A stretch of DNA of 64,000 nt from Eledone cirrhosa (taxonomy: Eukaryota). This document shows, in pieces, positions 1 through 15,160 of the stretch. The stretch's first letter is position 1, and each line of letters opens with the position of its first letter. The stretch lies in assembly GCA_964016885.1 (NCBI GenBank), contig OZ024742.1, positions 306,156,001 to 306,220,000 on the forward strand, given 5' to 3'. Made by a program: the position numbers and the translations under genes. Below the pieces are notes generated by a model that was given only the letters and a program-made list of their open reading frames with translations, did not search any database and had not been told where the DNA came from.

Positions 1-16
1 ATATATATGTACACTA

Positions 17-74
<58 letters not shown>

Positions 75-82
75 GCACACAT

Positions 83-130
<48 letters not shown>

Positions 131-1133
131 TGACAGATACATCGAGAGCTAGAGAAAAAGAAGGATAGAGGGGGAGAAAAGGGGAGGGAGAATGAGAAAA
201 GGAAAGATGAATAGATACATAGATGTACATACCTATCAATATGTGTATTTTGAATTCGCAGATATTTATTTATGGTGAAAATTTATTTTTATATAAGGGA
301 ATATGTGTACTTCATATTATGTGTGTTTATACAAATAGAAGTAAAAAATATATACCTCATGGGATTTTATTTCGATATTGTTATTATTGACAAAACATTT
401 ACATACATTAATGTCTAGTCTCCTAACATATATACGCAACTTGAATATGTGTGCATGTGTGTATGTGCGTGTTTGTATATTTACGTATATCCATATATAT
501 GCGTGTGTGTGTGCGTTTGTGTGTATGTATATTTATATGGATATGCATGTGTGTGTGTTTATGTGGATATGTGTGTTTCCCTATATATATATATATACAT
601 ATATATATAGAGAGAGAGAGAGGGGGGGGGGATGCGAATGGTGTGGAAACGTATAACTCGATAAATAATAATCATATCCACATATATTCACACAATTTCA
701 CACCTACATAACCTTGTATAAGCCCCACACACATAGCCACACACATATGTGTACACATTTATAAATATATACACACACACGCACACACACAAACACACAG
801 GTAAACATCCCTTTCTATTCAAATATATATATGTTATATCTTTGTGTGTACATATTTTCATGTATGTATTTTTTCTATAGGTGAGATGATATAACTATAA
901 ATATATATATTTACGCGCAATATACGTGCCGATGAATAATGCGTTATACGAAACAAGTAAGGAAATTTTTGAACAAAACACACAAAATTAAACAAAAATA
1001 ATATAAGAAAATAACAAGAATATTTGAAAGTTTTTACACTTCACAGTTCATTCTTCTCATTGCTAAGGCATCTAATATGAGCGCACAAACATCACACTTT
1101 TGTACACATATATTTATATATAGAGGGATTTAC

Positions 1134-1224
<91 letters not shown>

Positions 1225-1543
1225 CATGTATATGTACACATATAAATATATCCACACTAACACTCATACACACAGAAATATATATGTCTATATATATATA
1301 TATATATAACGTAAGATTTTACATCACTGAATAAACTCACCAAAATTTGATCGGATCAAAAATTCTCTCTAAAAAGTAATAACGAATATAAAATAAATAC
1401 AATTTGGAACATTTCATAAGAATCCACCTTATATATTTATTTATGTATTCATTTATTTATTCATATTTATTAAATTCTATTTATATTTATTTATATTTGC
1501 ATTTTACTTGCCCCCATTATTTGTTCTATCGAGTTTACGATTT

Positions 1544-1584
<41 letters not shown>

Positions 1585-2052
1585 GGGTACTTTGCTTTTT
1601 AGTTCATATGTTCGTATGTTTCTGTGAATACCTCTATATGCGTATAGGTTCTTGTGTTTGCGCAAGCCTGAATGTGTCTTCACGTAAGTCTGTGTCTATG
1701 TGAGTGAGTGTTAAAGAACAATTTTTCTTGGTCGATTTGCTGCATATAGGAAAAATATCTTTTGAAATATTTCGTTAAAGACGCCTATTTGAAACTGTCT
1801 ACTAAATAATCTGTTTTGTTTCCGTGTTGTTTAGCATCTCATACATTCTCCCCCTCTCATAATCATCTTCTCTTCCTCTCCCCTATCTCTCTCACTCTCT
1901 CTCTCTCTCCCCCTCTCTGTTGTATATATATATATATTTATATATATATATATATATATATTCTCACTGACTATTGGCTAACATATACTTATTTCTCTCC
2001 ATACATACATGTATATATATACGTATATATAATCAAATTTAATATAGCAATA

Positions 2053-2102
2053 GCTTCTACAAAACTAGAACTGTTTCATTCAAAAGAGATCATCAGGGAA
2101 GC
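2053..2102 (-). ncRNA. Type I hammerhead ribozyme-like motif
   Basis: Minus strand reads gcttc-c-CTGATGA-tctcttttgaat-GAAA-cag ttctagtt ttg-TA-gaagc. Stem I is gcttc/gaagc, the core is intact and stem II is weak. It lies in a short (TA)n-flanked element (about 2030-2225). Confidence 0.6.
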
Positions 2103-2243
2103 CGACGTTCCTTGTGAAAATGTTGTATTTATATATTTACTGGTGTTTGGGGAAAGCGCTATTGCACCAACTAATCTCCTCACCCCAATTACTACACTGA
2201 ATATACATACACATACATTAAAACTATATATATTATATATATA

Positions 2244-4233
<1,990 letters not shown>

Positions 4234-4988
4234 CTTTAAGGAAGCCTCGACAATGCAGATGGGTAAATCTCCGGGTAACAAGATCCGGTGGTGGAGAGAG
4301 AGATGTAAATGGGTGTACGTTGAGATGCGTGGTGTGTATAAGACTGTAACGTGTAGAGGAATGAAGGAAAGATTGTAAAGGATAAAAATAAAAATAACTA
4401 CACGAGAAAGAGTTACCTTGGGAGAGATTTAATTGTCCCTATATATTTCGGATTCACATCCATTAACTGGGGTTTTTTCCGGGGGGGGGGGGCGGAAATG
4501 TTGTCTGTCGGAAAGGTGCGAAACGTGTCCTCCGCTGTTCGTTGTTTTGAATATTCAAAACAACGAACATATCTTTCTAAAATTGAGATGGGTATAACAC
4601 ACACACATTTTATTTTATTATCTTATTTTATTTTGTTCCTTTACCATCTTATTCCTTCTACCACTTTATCATTTTTTTGAGCTGACTCCAACACCAACAC
4701 CACTACCAACATAAGAGTAGTGGTCAGATGTACTTAACAATAACAAGAACAACCACTACAGATTGTCTTGCCTCAGAACGAATTTCTATAGACTTTTGAC
4801 TGAGGAATGTTCTCACAACTGACCAATGAGAGGAGATGTCCTTTGACGCTGAAATTCGTTTGTTTGAATTCCTATGATTCCAGTTCCTCAGTGAAATAAC
4901 AACCCAACCAGGAACTGGGCATATCATGGTATTGACAAAGTTAAACACCTCAACAACGTGTGTACTCGTCTCTACCATACTAATTCGG

Positions 4989-5043
4989 ACTGCCTGAAGA
5001 GGTCACAGCCAAAGATGGCTGTCACCGAAATATATATAGCAGT
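4989..5043 (+). ncRNA. Type I hammerhead ribozyme in a non-coding (TA)n-flanked element (about 4235-5100)
   Basis: actgc-CTGAAGA-ggtcacagcc aaagat ggctgtcacc-GAAA-tatata-TA-gcagt. All three stems pair and the core is canonical. Confidence 0.9.
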
Positions 5044-6010
5044 AATAAACGAAGCCAAATTTTAAACATTTGACTTATTTAATTTATTTTATTTTATATA
5101 TATATATATAAACCTCCATCTCGATTTTACTTTTGCACATCATAAGAACTGTGAAACCGGTAAAGTAAATAAATATATCTTCTTAAAAGACTCCAGTTTC
5201 ATTTTCAAATTCTTTTCTTTACAGAAATATATGTATATACATTCATACGTAGATAGATACATATAAACATAGATACATACAAATAATTCATTGAGGATTG
5301 GGCTGATAACCGTCCGCACGGATCGTCACGCAAGATGGAAGGAAGGAACTGCCATTTCCCTGCATGATTCTTTTACGGCTGACAAAAATAAAATACTATC
5401 CAATGGCTACTGTGAATCAGTCACATGATCATTATGATCATGATCATCCTTATCTGCAGCAGCAAAAATACCATTTTATTATATATATTTTCCACAAAAT
5501 GGAACTTGTCTCTTTTTATCCAAATTCAAAATCGAAGTAAGCATATTCAAAATATCAAGTTCCAGTTTGATATACATGTCTTTTAACATTGGATGCTTCA
5601 CTACTTAGGAGATAGACCGGTAATGCATTGTGTCCTTAAAGAGGACACTTTATTTCACGTTGCAGTACTCCAGCCTTTCGCGCAAAAAACTTCACAAATC
5701 TATTTCTAATCACGTTGTTTTCTACAAGCGATCCAATTGTACTTTCAACAGATAGCTATCTAAGCCACTTTTGGGGTTAAAACGGAAGACATTTCCTAAA
5801 ATATCTGATACGTAACACATCACACATCACTCATCTCAATTGATGTTTGAAAACGTTCCATTTGTGAAACCGGTAAAGTTACATTTAATAAATCTCCTTC
5901 AAGATTTCAATTACATATTCAACGTTTTTTTTCATATATATATGATATTTATATAGATATATAATAAATTGTTGTAGTTTGCTTGAAGCATTGTGTATAA
6001 TATATAACAT

Positions 6011-6460
6011 TGAAAGAGATACAAGGCTAAACAATGCAAAATGGACTGTAACATTATTTAACGAAAATTAAGTTACCGGGTAATCTTTGTTTTGGGTTTT
6101 TTGTTGTTCATTTTTCTGTCCAATATTTCTGTCCAATTTCCTCCCTTTGGGATTAAATTTTGATTTTGATTTAAATTTTTCTAAGTCGTTTTCAAGCATT
6201 TTATTTATGGTTATATTCACTCTTCACAAAAATGACGTTTATTGTCAATCTTCTATGAGATCTTTAGTTTGTGTGGCTGTGGGTGTGTCCTTTTATGTTG
6301 AATATTGTGTGGTGAGTTCTAATCTTTTAGGTCCCAAAATATTGGACAGAAAATAGAACTACAGCAACAAAAAACAAAACAAGGATTACCAGGTAACTTA
6401 ATTACCAGGTAACCTCATCTTACAGTCCATTTTGTATTGTTTAGCCTTTATCTCTTTCAA
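6011..6460. repeat. Nested inverted repeats around a possible decayed PLE N-terminal fragment
   Basis: 6011-6050 is the reverse complement of 6420-6460, and 6066-6107 of 6361-6403. The minus strand between them gives ..PTATQTKDLIED..FKSKSKFNPK, a weak PLE N-terminus resemblance. Confidence 0.45.
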
Positions 6461-6503
6461 AGTTCTCTCTCTATCTCTCTCTCTCTCTATATATATATAT
6501 ATA

Positions 6504-6543
<40 letters not shown>

Positions 6544-7154
6544 CAAAGTTCTTTCGTCACTCATTCTGTGACTGGGGATTCTTTTCTTTGTTTTGTGCCT
6601 CTCCTTTGTTCTGTCCTACGCCATATGTATATATAGTTAGATAGATAGATATATATAGATATATATATAGATATATATATTTACTTATAAAAACATACGT
6701 GTTTGAGTACAAACGAAAGAATTCAGCAATCAACACATAATGTGGAAGTTTAGTATTCTTATATTAAGAGTTTGACTTTACTGAAAGTGTTCTATAATCA
6801 TTTAAGATGCGATTAAAATATAAGTGATATTTGAAATGGACAAGATATTGAAGTGTTGTTTCAAGAAAACATGTTATATCCGTTATAGTAACACAATAAG
6901 ACAACACCGCAGCTGATTGCAACGTTTCTATGCTGCAATAGAGTTGATAATTAATTGTCTGTAAACATTATTCTGAGGTTAATTTACTTGCATAATATGA
7001 GATAGAGCTAAGGTGTTAATTCCGGAATACCTGAGACCATTCCCTTGAATTTAGCTAATAATCTGAAATCTTCCTCTGAAACCAAAGCTTCACGGCAGTT
7101 TTCCTGTTTATATATATCAGCAGTTGCTGAAATGTGAGCAACCTCTCATGGAAC

Positions 7155-7300
7155 TTACTTACTTGTACTTGTGTCGATATTCACCCTGGACGGGTTGAGT
7201 CGGCTTCTTCCCTTGTCCTGACGGCATCCTGAACCATGGCAGCCCACGCACGACGGTCCCGGGCTAGGTCACTGGAGATAGCGAGCCAGTCACAGTTCCT
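7155..7300 (-). mobile_element. LINE (RTE-like) extreme 3' end
   Basis: WLAISSDLARDRRAWAAMVQDAV is the typical A.DR..W C-terminus. It is followed by a (caagta)/(agta) repeat tail. Confidence 0.6.
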
Positions 7301-7699
7301 CTCATGGTGTTTGCCTTCGTTCCCAAACCTCCAAAAGAAACGAAGCAGGAAGGGGGAATTTTCTCTGTATATGCACACATGTGCACGCACACACACACGC
7401 TCACGCATTTATATACCCAAACTAGAATACATTGTATATTGGAAAGTTTAAGGTAAATTAAGATCGGAATAATTACTTTTTATTAAAATAAATATCTCAG
7501 TAGTGAAAACAGCTCTGAAGTGCAAACATTTACAATTAGTGCTCCATTCACAGAAAAAACACATAGATGATATTTATGTATGAATTTCTGATGTGGAGAT
7601 GAATAATATTTTAGAAGCCACCGCAGAGAAGTCAAGAAACAGATAAAAAAATATATATATTAGAGAATGCTGAAATGCAGACGTTCTCATCAGAGAGTA

Positions 7700-7817
7700 C
7701 ACTGCCAATATATCTTCTTACGCTCTGCTTTATAATAAATATTTGCTTTAGTATATGCATAGGAAAGTAAATATACACAGACACGCACTCAAATAGACAG
7801 AGATCACACACACACAC

Positions 7818-7865
<48 letters not shown>

Positions 7866-8460
7866 TTTTTTCTACAGTCATTTATATACATATGTGGTGG
7901 CTGCCAACTCGTTTTCGAGTACGGCCACTACTTTATATCCATGTAGGAGAACCCCTACCGATGCGCTGAACGAGTGTGTCTTTTTAGTCCAGCCAGCTAC
8001 TTGAAAACTCTGGTACAAACACTACACTTGTGACAATTATTGACACATAGTGCTGGGCCCATGGTACCATATGATGACAAGTGCAGAGAGATCTTCAGAT
8101 CTTCTGTGCCGTGAAGCTTTTATAATGACAAAGGCACTGCACAAAGCCAGTCCCACTCTCTTAACCAAGATGATATTTAGAACAAGTCAACATTATTGGA
8201 TACCATCAGGGGATATATCAGAGTTTTCCTATATACATACATACATATTTATAAATATATATATATGTATGCATATATATATTTATAAATATGTATGTAT
8301 GTATATACATGAGTGTAGAAAAAAAATGTATATATATATATATGTGTGTGTGTGTGATCGTTGTCTATTGGAGTGCGTGTGTGTGTATATTTACTTTCCT
8401 ATGCATATACTAAAGGCAAATATATATTATAAAGCAGAGCGTAAGAAGATATATTGGCAA
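7700..8460. repeat. Inverted duplication (about 7700-7880 versus 8300-8460) with an adjacent decayed HHR half
   Basis: tgccaatatatcttcttacgctctgctttataata is mirrored by tattataaagcagagcgtaagaagatatattggca. CTGATGAG plus a stem II-like hairpin lies on the minus strand near 7660-7692. Confidence 0.7.
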
Positions 8461-8513
8461 GGTAATCATGCTCACTTATATATATATATATATATATGTA
8501 TGCATATATTTAT

Positions 8514-8562
<49 letters not shown>

Positions 8563-8569
8563 GTGTGTG

Positions 8570-8621
<52 letters not shown>

Positions 8622-8816
8622 TATGTATATATTTGAGTGTAGCAAATATATTTCTGATGTCTCCCATGAGAATTAAAACACTAATGTAGGAGAGAAACAG
8701 GTATGTATAGTTGTCGCATTCAATTATTTAAAAAAAAAGACTTTATACCCTGATAATTAATATATGAATATTCAACATATATTGTGTATTCCGATATTGT
8801 TAACAATAAACAAATA

Positions 8817-8891
<75 letters not shown>

Positions 8892-9141
8892 TTATTATAT
8901 ATATATTTTTTTATATATATATATTTATTTATATATATATATATATAATAAGTATGTATCGCATGCAATCGCATACGTACATATGTATGCATAAGTAAAC
9001 AAATCTAGTAAAAATGATGCGATATGTTTTGCCAAAACCACAACTCTATAGTACATAAACACATACATAGGCATACACACTCAGACATACATAAACACTC
9101 AGACATACATACACACACATACACAACCACACACACACACG

Positions 9142-9241
<100 letters not shown>

Positions 9242-10051
9242 GATATATAGATATATAGATATATATAGTAGTGTACACAGATCATATATATTTATATATT
9301 TACATTGAAAGTTTCAAAAGGAATTTACGAAATGCTTTATCCTCCACCCGTTTTTACAAATTACAAATGAAATAGCATGTAAATATAGGGATGCGTTAAG
9401 ATTCACGTTTAGTATGACAGAAGTAATTTTAAGTAAATGGAAGTAAAACCATATACTAATTATTATCAGGCTTAAGTCATGAGAAGGTTTTGTTACTTCA
9501 ATGAAATACGTCAACTATCCCTATCTTAACATTTTATTTCATTCGTAGAAATGAGCATGAGACAACTAGAATTTAAATTCCCTCTGACGCTTTTGATTCA
9601 TAAAGGGAGACAACCGACCAATGAAAACAACAACAAGAAAACCAATATGTGATACAATGTGATAAACTTTAATCGAAAGTATTTCCCAAATATTTATGTA
9701 TACTCTCTGAACATAAACTGTCACAGTTATCTAGATTAATGTCTCTCCTGGTCTACACCTTGGATATATCGGTTCTTTATATTTGCTGATAGTACAAATA
9801 TATTCCGAAGGTAGGCTAAAAAGGGCATAGGATGAGCAAGATACTCTCATGGAATGAAGAAATGTGGTTTATTCTTCAAAATAGTCCCTGGAAAGAAACA
9901 ATGCAGGTATTAGCAGTTATTATTATTATAAGAATAGTTTAATTAATGCATGCACGATTACACAGCTCCAGGATCACGCCTTCATAGGCAGACTATGAAC
10001 GATCCAACCGATCCTCGTGAGTAATGTTAACAAAGTTTTTTCACTCGACAC

Positions 10052-10088
<37 letters not shown>

Positions 10089-10145
10089 CATGTTTACATA
10101 TATATAGATGTAATTATTGAAGCCAGTTGCTACAACGGTGGCATA

Positions 10146-10194
10146 CCAAGTACGTACGTTTCGTTAACCTTAAGAACTCACTTGTTCAACCTGG
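10146..10194 (-). ncRNA. Variant or degenerate hammerhead-like motif
   Basis: ccagg-TTGAACAA-gtgagttcttaaggttaac-GAAA-cgtacg-TA-cttgg. Stem I pairs and stem III is palindromic, but the left core is non-canonical. Confidence 0.45.
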
Positions 10195-10540
10195 GCCGAT
10201 GAAAATGAACTGCAATGGCGCCATTGTAGTGACTCACCTTAGCAATTATATTTTTAAAAAGCCCTATATACTGCAGTTGGTCTATTCCTTTCATATATTT
10301 ACCTACCTATTACTACTTTATATATTCATGATCAATCACTGAAATATGTCATTCTGTATATCTTAAAATTGACGCACAAGTTTGTGTAAGGCATAGACAT
10401 TAACAGACGTCAACATAAACAAGTGTCAAATAAAAGGGCTGAGTGAAAATATGTAGGTTAAGATATTGCCAGGCAAGTACATACCTTTAGATTTATAGAT
10501 ATGACTGAATGTATCTATCTATCTATCTATCTAACTATCT

Positions 10541-12690
10541 CCGGATGGTATAGACGTTCTTCACATCGGCTCCTCGATTATTTGATATATTACGTGTTAA
10601 CAGTAAGTGTTTGTCTGTATTCTTGCGTTATTGTGTTAATTAACCCCCTTGCCTGGGTCTTCGAAAATTAGAGTTAATTTATTTCACCCCTTTTGGGGTG
10701 AAATTTTTCATCCTAAAAATCTTGTTATTGTCTCTACGCTAGTGGTAATGGAAGCCATTATCACAGGTAACGATGACACGCCCACGAAACAAACTGAATG
10801 AGAGAAGGTAGCTGAGGCAACAAGCCTCTCTACTGAAAGAATAAAGATTATTAGAAATATTGAAAAAATGGAGCCTAACCCTATAAAAAAAATGTGAAAA
10901 ATATTGACTCGGAGAAATTGCCAACGTTAATGGAGGCCCTTTCGACTTTTCACGGTGCCACGCCCACCTGCAAAGGTGAAAGAGAAGTAGTAGCTGTGAC
11001 TACAAGTCTCTTGAATACTGAAAATACAACGGGGAAAAATGTGAACGCATACATCAACATAAATAACAGAAACAACAAAAATGAAAATTGTAACAACAAA
11101 AAACAAGAAAACAACCACATTTCGACAAATGTAAACAAAGAAGGGACGAACAAAATGACGTTCGCTCAAACTACAAAAAAAAACATTGTTTATGAACCTA
11201 TTGACATTTCGAACATGGCCCATCAAATGGAAAATGCACGGATGTATGTAACTTTGGAGGAGAATGGTCTATTTTCTTTAAATTCTCCCCCAGAGCTAAA
11301 AAAGGAAAATAGCTTAGAACTATTATTTATAGGACAATATCCAACAAAACCCGTAAGCCAGTACAACTCACACAGACTGGGATTGATCTGGCTTTAAAAG
11401 ATCATCTGAAAAACATTGTATTCATTCGGAAGGATAAACTCTACGGTAGTCTATCCATCCGAATGAAAGATAAATTGACGGCCGAAAAACATTCCCTGGC
11501 TCCAATTGTGTCCCCCTTATGTACCTTCTTGCCCATTTATTTGGGAAGAAGAACGCAGTATCGATCCAGATATTGATTTCTGGGCGGTACTGTGTGACCT
11601 CTTCGACTTGAAAGAGGATGCAGTAATTTCGGTAGGTAAGTCTTCCAGCAACGTGTTCGGTGGAACTAGCCTGCAAGTATGGTGCAAATGCTCGACCGCA
11701 TATAGCTGGATGGGCTTGCCTACTTACACATCACAGTGGAGGGTAGACGACCCGCTTGTTACCTCTATGGTGGCAGAGGTCACCCGAGCAAACAAAACAA
11801 CGCCGATTTTGCCCACACCAACAACTACAACACTACCAACACAACCTCCACCACCACCACCACCACCACCACCACCACAAAAACAACTAACACCACAAGT
11901 TACACAGTCTATTTGGCAGGACTTTCCGCCCGGGACCTATGGACAACTTCCAGAGGTCTCTGGCCTGGTAGTGCTACCGAGGAGCTCTACCGGTTCGTGA
12001 CAAGATCTACAGGCACGGACGCCCCAAGAGGACGTGTCCAAGATGCGCGCAGGACATTGAAACAGTCCTGCACGCAATTGTACACTGCCCAGGCGTAACT
12101 GACCTGTGGAACTATGCAGAACAACTGCTGTCGCGTATGGGATAAATCCAGTTGACTGCCGAGTCCATAGTAAGGATCAAACCGCCAGCCTCTTTCAAAA
12201 ACCAAAGAGAGGCGGATTTCCTCTGTACGGTGGCTATGGTGAAAGAAGTTACATGTTGGACGAGGTTGAGAGGACTGAGGACAGATGCCTTTCTCTCCGG
12301 ACAACAATTGATTCCCTTCTTTAAGTATCACTTTAGAAGGAGAATCAGGGTGGAGAGAAAAGCATTGCACCTCAGTAAATTTACTGAAAGGTGGGTGAAT
12401 GAAGCAAAAATGGCCCGAGTGATTGGGCCTTCTCTGTTTATAAGCCTGTAGGTTGAGGAAGAGAACAAAAGGAAGAAAGGAGCACTTGTACAACACGCTC
12501 CTGGAGTTGAGGGTTGTTCTATCGACGGGGTATTAAACAACCTATTTGTGGCGCCTCCCCCCTATTGGGGATTTCGATTGTTGTAATTGTTTGTTTTTAT
12601 ATTTTTTACACGACTGTATGTAAAATCCCCGGCATGTCTTTGTATTGTCCCCTTTTCTTGTGCGTCCTTGTGGCTAATAAAGAAATATAT
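10541..12690 (+). mobile_element. Internally deleted Tx1/L1-clade LINE (ORF1 remnant fused to the ORF2 C-terminal zinc finger and 3' UTR)
   Basis: ORF1-like frames end in VEGRRPACYLYGGRGH, a decayed CCHC knuckle. From about 11910 the frame reads FRPGPMDNFQRSLAW*CYRGALPVRDKIYRHG..TCPRCAQDIETVLHAIVHCP..LW (zf-RVT). The element ends in aataaag and has (TATC)n on both sides. Confidence 0.8.
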
Positions 12691-13615
12691 CTATCTATCT
12701 GTATGTATATTACATATGTGAGTGACGATTAAAAATGTATGCTTGCTTTCGTTAAGTGTATTTTAAATGTACGGATCAACTCGTGTCGTTGCATCATTCT
12801 CAGAGAAATGCACGTGTCTCCTCTTCATATATAAAATCGCCAATCAATATACAAACAGGTCTCATGCCAAACTAGAAATATGAACTCCTTTTTTCTACAG
12901 GACAAATTTGAAATCCATTGCCGGATTTCCATTTTCAATTTTTTTTGTTCAGCTGTCACACTACCAAATAATTGATCCATAAAAAATACAATACAAGCGT
13001 GTATTTATTTAAACAAAAAGGGACATTCCATATATTTTGTTTTCTATAAAACTTTCCTAGTTTCTAAAACGGTGTTTCGTCATATACCAAAATAGGAAAC
13101 ACTTACATTCAAAAATAATAAAAACAAAATAACAAAAAATATGTTCAACAATTTCCAGTTAAAATTGAAGTTTTCATTCAATATATATACTAGTGTGGTC
13201 CAAAATATGCTGTTAGTTCGTACCTAATGCTAAAAGAAACGCAGCAAAAATATCCCCAGATCAACAATTGCATCAATATCCCCAAACATCAAAAAGCTCT
13301 AATTAAATGTTTTGCAGTCATAATCACAGCTGTACATATTAGTATTTCAGTAGAAACATTGTAGCGTTTAATAAATTTAACTCATCCAAAATCAATCATA
13401 TTTGCAGTGAACGGCGAATCCGTAATTATTTGATACTTCCCTCAGTTACACATAATCGTACAATTTTGCACGTAATTATTGTGATACTTGAATGCTGGAA
13501 ACCCCGTGAGATGAAAAACAAGACCTGTCAAAGGTTTGAATCAACAGCCATCCAGAGGTATATATATATATATATAGAAGGATTTAAATGGATACAGTTT
13601 AGTTAAACGGAATTT

Positions 13616-13732
13616 ATTGACACGTGTTTCAATAACAGTTACATAACCTGAAAACAGCTGCTCTCTACAAAGTATTAGTTATGCAGACATTCAATATTTC
13701 AATGTTATTATCAAATGTCATTTCATCAGAAT
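13616..13732 (-). ncRNA. Type I hammerhead ribozyme, long stem II (left arm)
   Basis: att-CTGATGA-aatgacatttg..(92 nt total)..taactgttatt-GAAA-cacgtg-TC-aat, with a GUC cleavage triplet. Confidence 0.75.
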
Positions 13733-13846
13733 CTGATGAATTGACAGTTGATAATAACATTGAAATATTGAATGTCTGCATAACTAATACTTTGTAGATA
13801 GCAGCTGTTTTCAGGTTGTGTAACTGTCATTGAAACACGTGTCAAT
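13733..13846 (+). ncRNA. Type I hammerhead ribozyme, long stem II (right arm; 5' strand of stem I lost at the inversion point)
   Basis: CTGATGA-attgacagttg..taactgtcatt-GAAA-cacgtg-TC-aataaa. Confidence 0.75.
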
Positions 13847-13995
13847 AAATTCCTTTTAACTAAACTGTATCCATTTAAATCCTTCTATTTTTCTCCGGAT
13901 TACTTTTGGAACTACAACTGAAACCGTCGAGCAAACTCTACGTGAGCTGTCCATCTACTGTGTGTAATATTTATATTACAACACTACGGAAAATA

Positions 13996-14102
<107 letters not shown>

Positions 14103-14180
14103 TATATAAAATCAAGGTCTAGCAAATAGAGAAAAAGTTTTTAAATGAATTTTAAAAAATTCGCTGTACTTACTATAAGT

Positions 14181-14263
14181 GCCTTTACCGGGGTTTCAAG
14201 CTCCAGAATGAGCGGAAAATCCAAGCGGACTTTCCATTGAAAAGAGAGCAATCTTCAGAAGGC
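14181..14263 (-). ncRNA. Type I hammerhead ribozyme
   Basis: gcctt-CTGAAGA-ttgctc..(54 nt)..gagctt-GAAA-ccccgg-TA-aaggc. Confidence 0.8.
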
Positions 14264-14855
14264 TCTTCTCCCTCAGAGAATATAAATTTCCCGAGTTTAA
14301 ATCACAAACTGACACCATAAAAAACCATTTCCAAATGAGAGCGAATGATGAAAGAAATAATTCTGTCTGGTGCCGTGTGCAAAGACAGAAGGCAGGGTGG
14401 ACAGGTCAATGTCCTGCCACTAGAAATAGCAGCAGTCCAAACGGCCAAAATGTTATCTCTACCTTAGGGGGAGATCAATAATAATAAAGTATGAATTCCT
14501 ACGTGTAAAAAATACATATAGGGAAACATATAGGCTTATTAATTAAATTAACCCGCCATAGAACCACGTTGGCATACGGTAGGATAATACTTGTTTCCCT
14601 ATATGTATTTTTTACACATAGGAATTCATACTTTGTTATTATTGATCTCCCCCTAAGGTAGAGATAACATTTTGACCGTTTGGACTGCTGCTATTTCTAG
14701 TGGCAGGACATTGACCTGTCCACCCTGCCTTTTGTCTTTGCACACGGCACCAGACAGAATTATTTCTTTCATCATTCGCTCTCATTTGGAAATGGTTTGT
14801 ATGGCGTCAGTTTGTGATTTGAACTCGAGAATTTTATATTCTCCGAGGGAGAAGA

Positions 14856-14937
14856 GCCTTCTGTAGATTGCTTCCTTCTCAATGAAAATCCGCTTGAATT
14901 TTCCGTTTATTCTGGAGCTTAAAACCACGGTAAAGGC
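14856..14937 (+). ncRNA. Decayed hammerhead (mirror copy, A6U and G12A)
   Basis: gcctt-CTGTAGA-..-AAAA-ccacgg-TA-aaggc. Confidence 0.65.
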
Positions 14938-15160
14938 ATTTATAGTAAGTACAACGAACTTTTATTAATTTATTTTAAAACTTTTTCTCTATTTGCTAGA
15001 CCTTGATTTTACATGTTCTAGCTTGTTAATTTATTAACCCGCCATAGAACCACATTGGCATACGGTAGGATAATACTTGTTTTCCTATATGTATTTTTTA
15101 CACGTAGGAATTCATACTTTATTATATATATATATATATATATATATATTAATAAGTTAA

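Larger units (their letters stand above)
13574..13888. repeat. Fold-back inverted duplication (about 157-bp arms) of an HHR-bearing non-coding element
   Basis: The arms are near-identical reverse complements centred on tcatcag-aat-ctgatga (13723-13739). (TA)n lies at 13559-13576 and 13999-14108. Confidence 0.9.
14109..15124. mobile_element. Non-coding HHR element (retrozyme-like): 486-nt terminally redundant unit plus inverted copy
   Basis: 14109-14530 is the reverse complement of about 14590-15010. 14534-14640 recurs directly at 15021-15124 (period about 486). There is no credible ORF, and (TA)n lies on both sides. Confidence 0.85.

Noticed and set aside
920-962. CCGATGA-ataatgcgttatac-GAAA-caag-TA hammerhead-like string
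   Set aside because: The core has a mismatch and stem I does not pair.
6905-7130. Possible long-range HHR on the minus strand
   Set aside because: The left core reads CTGATAT and the stems are unconvincing.
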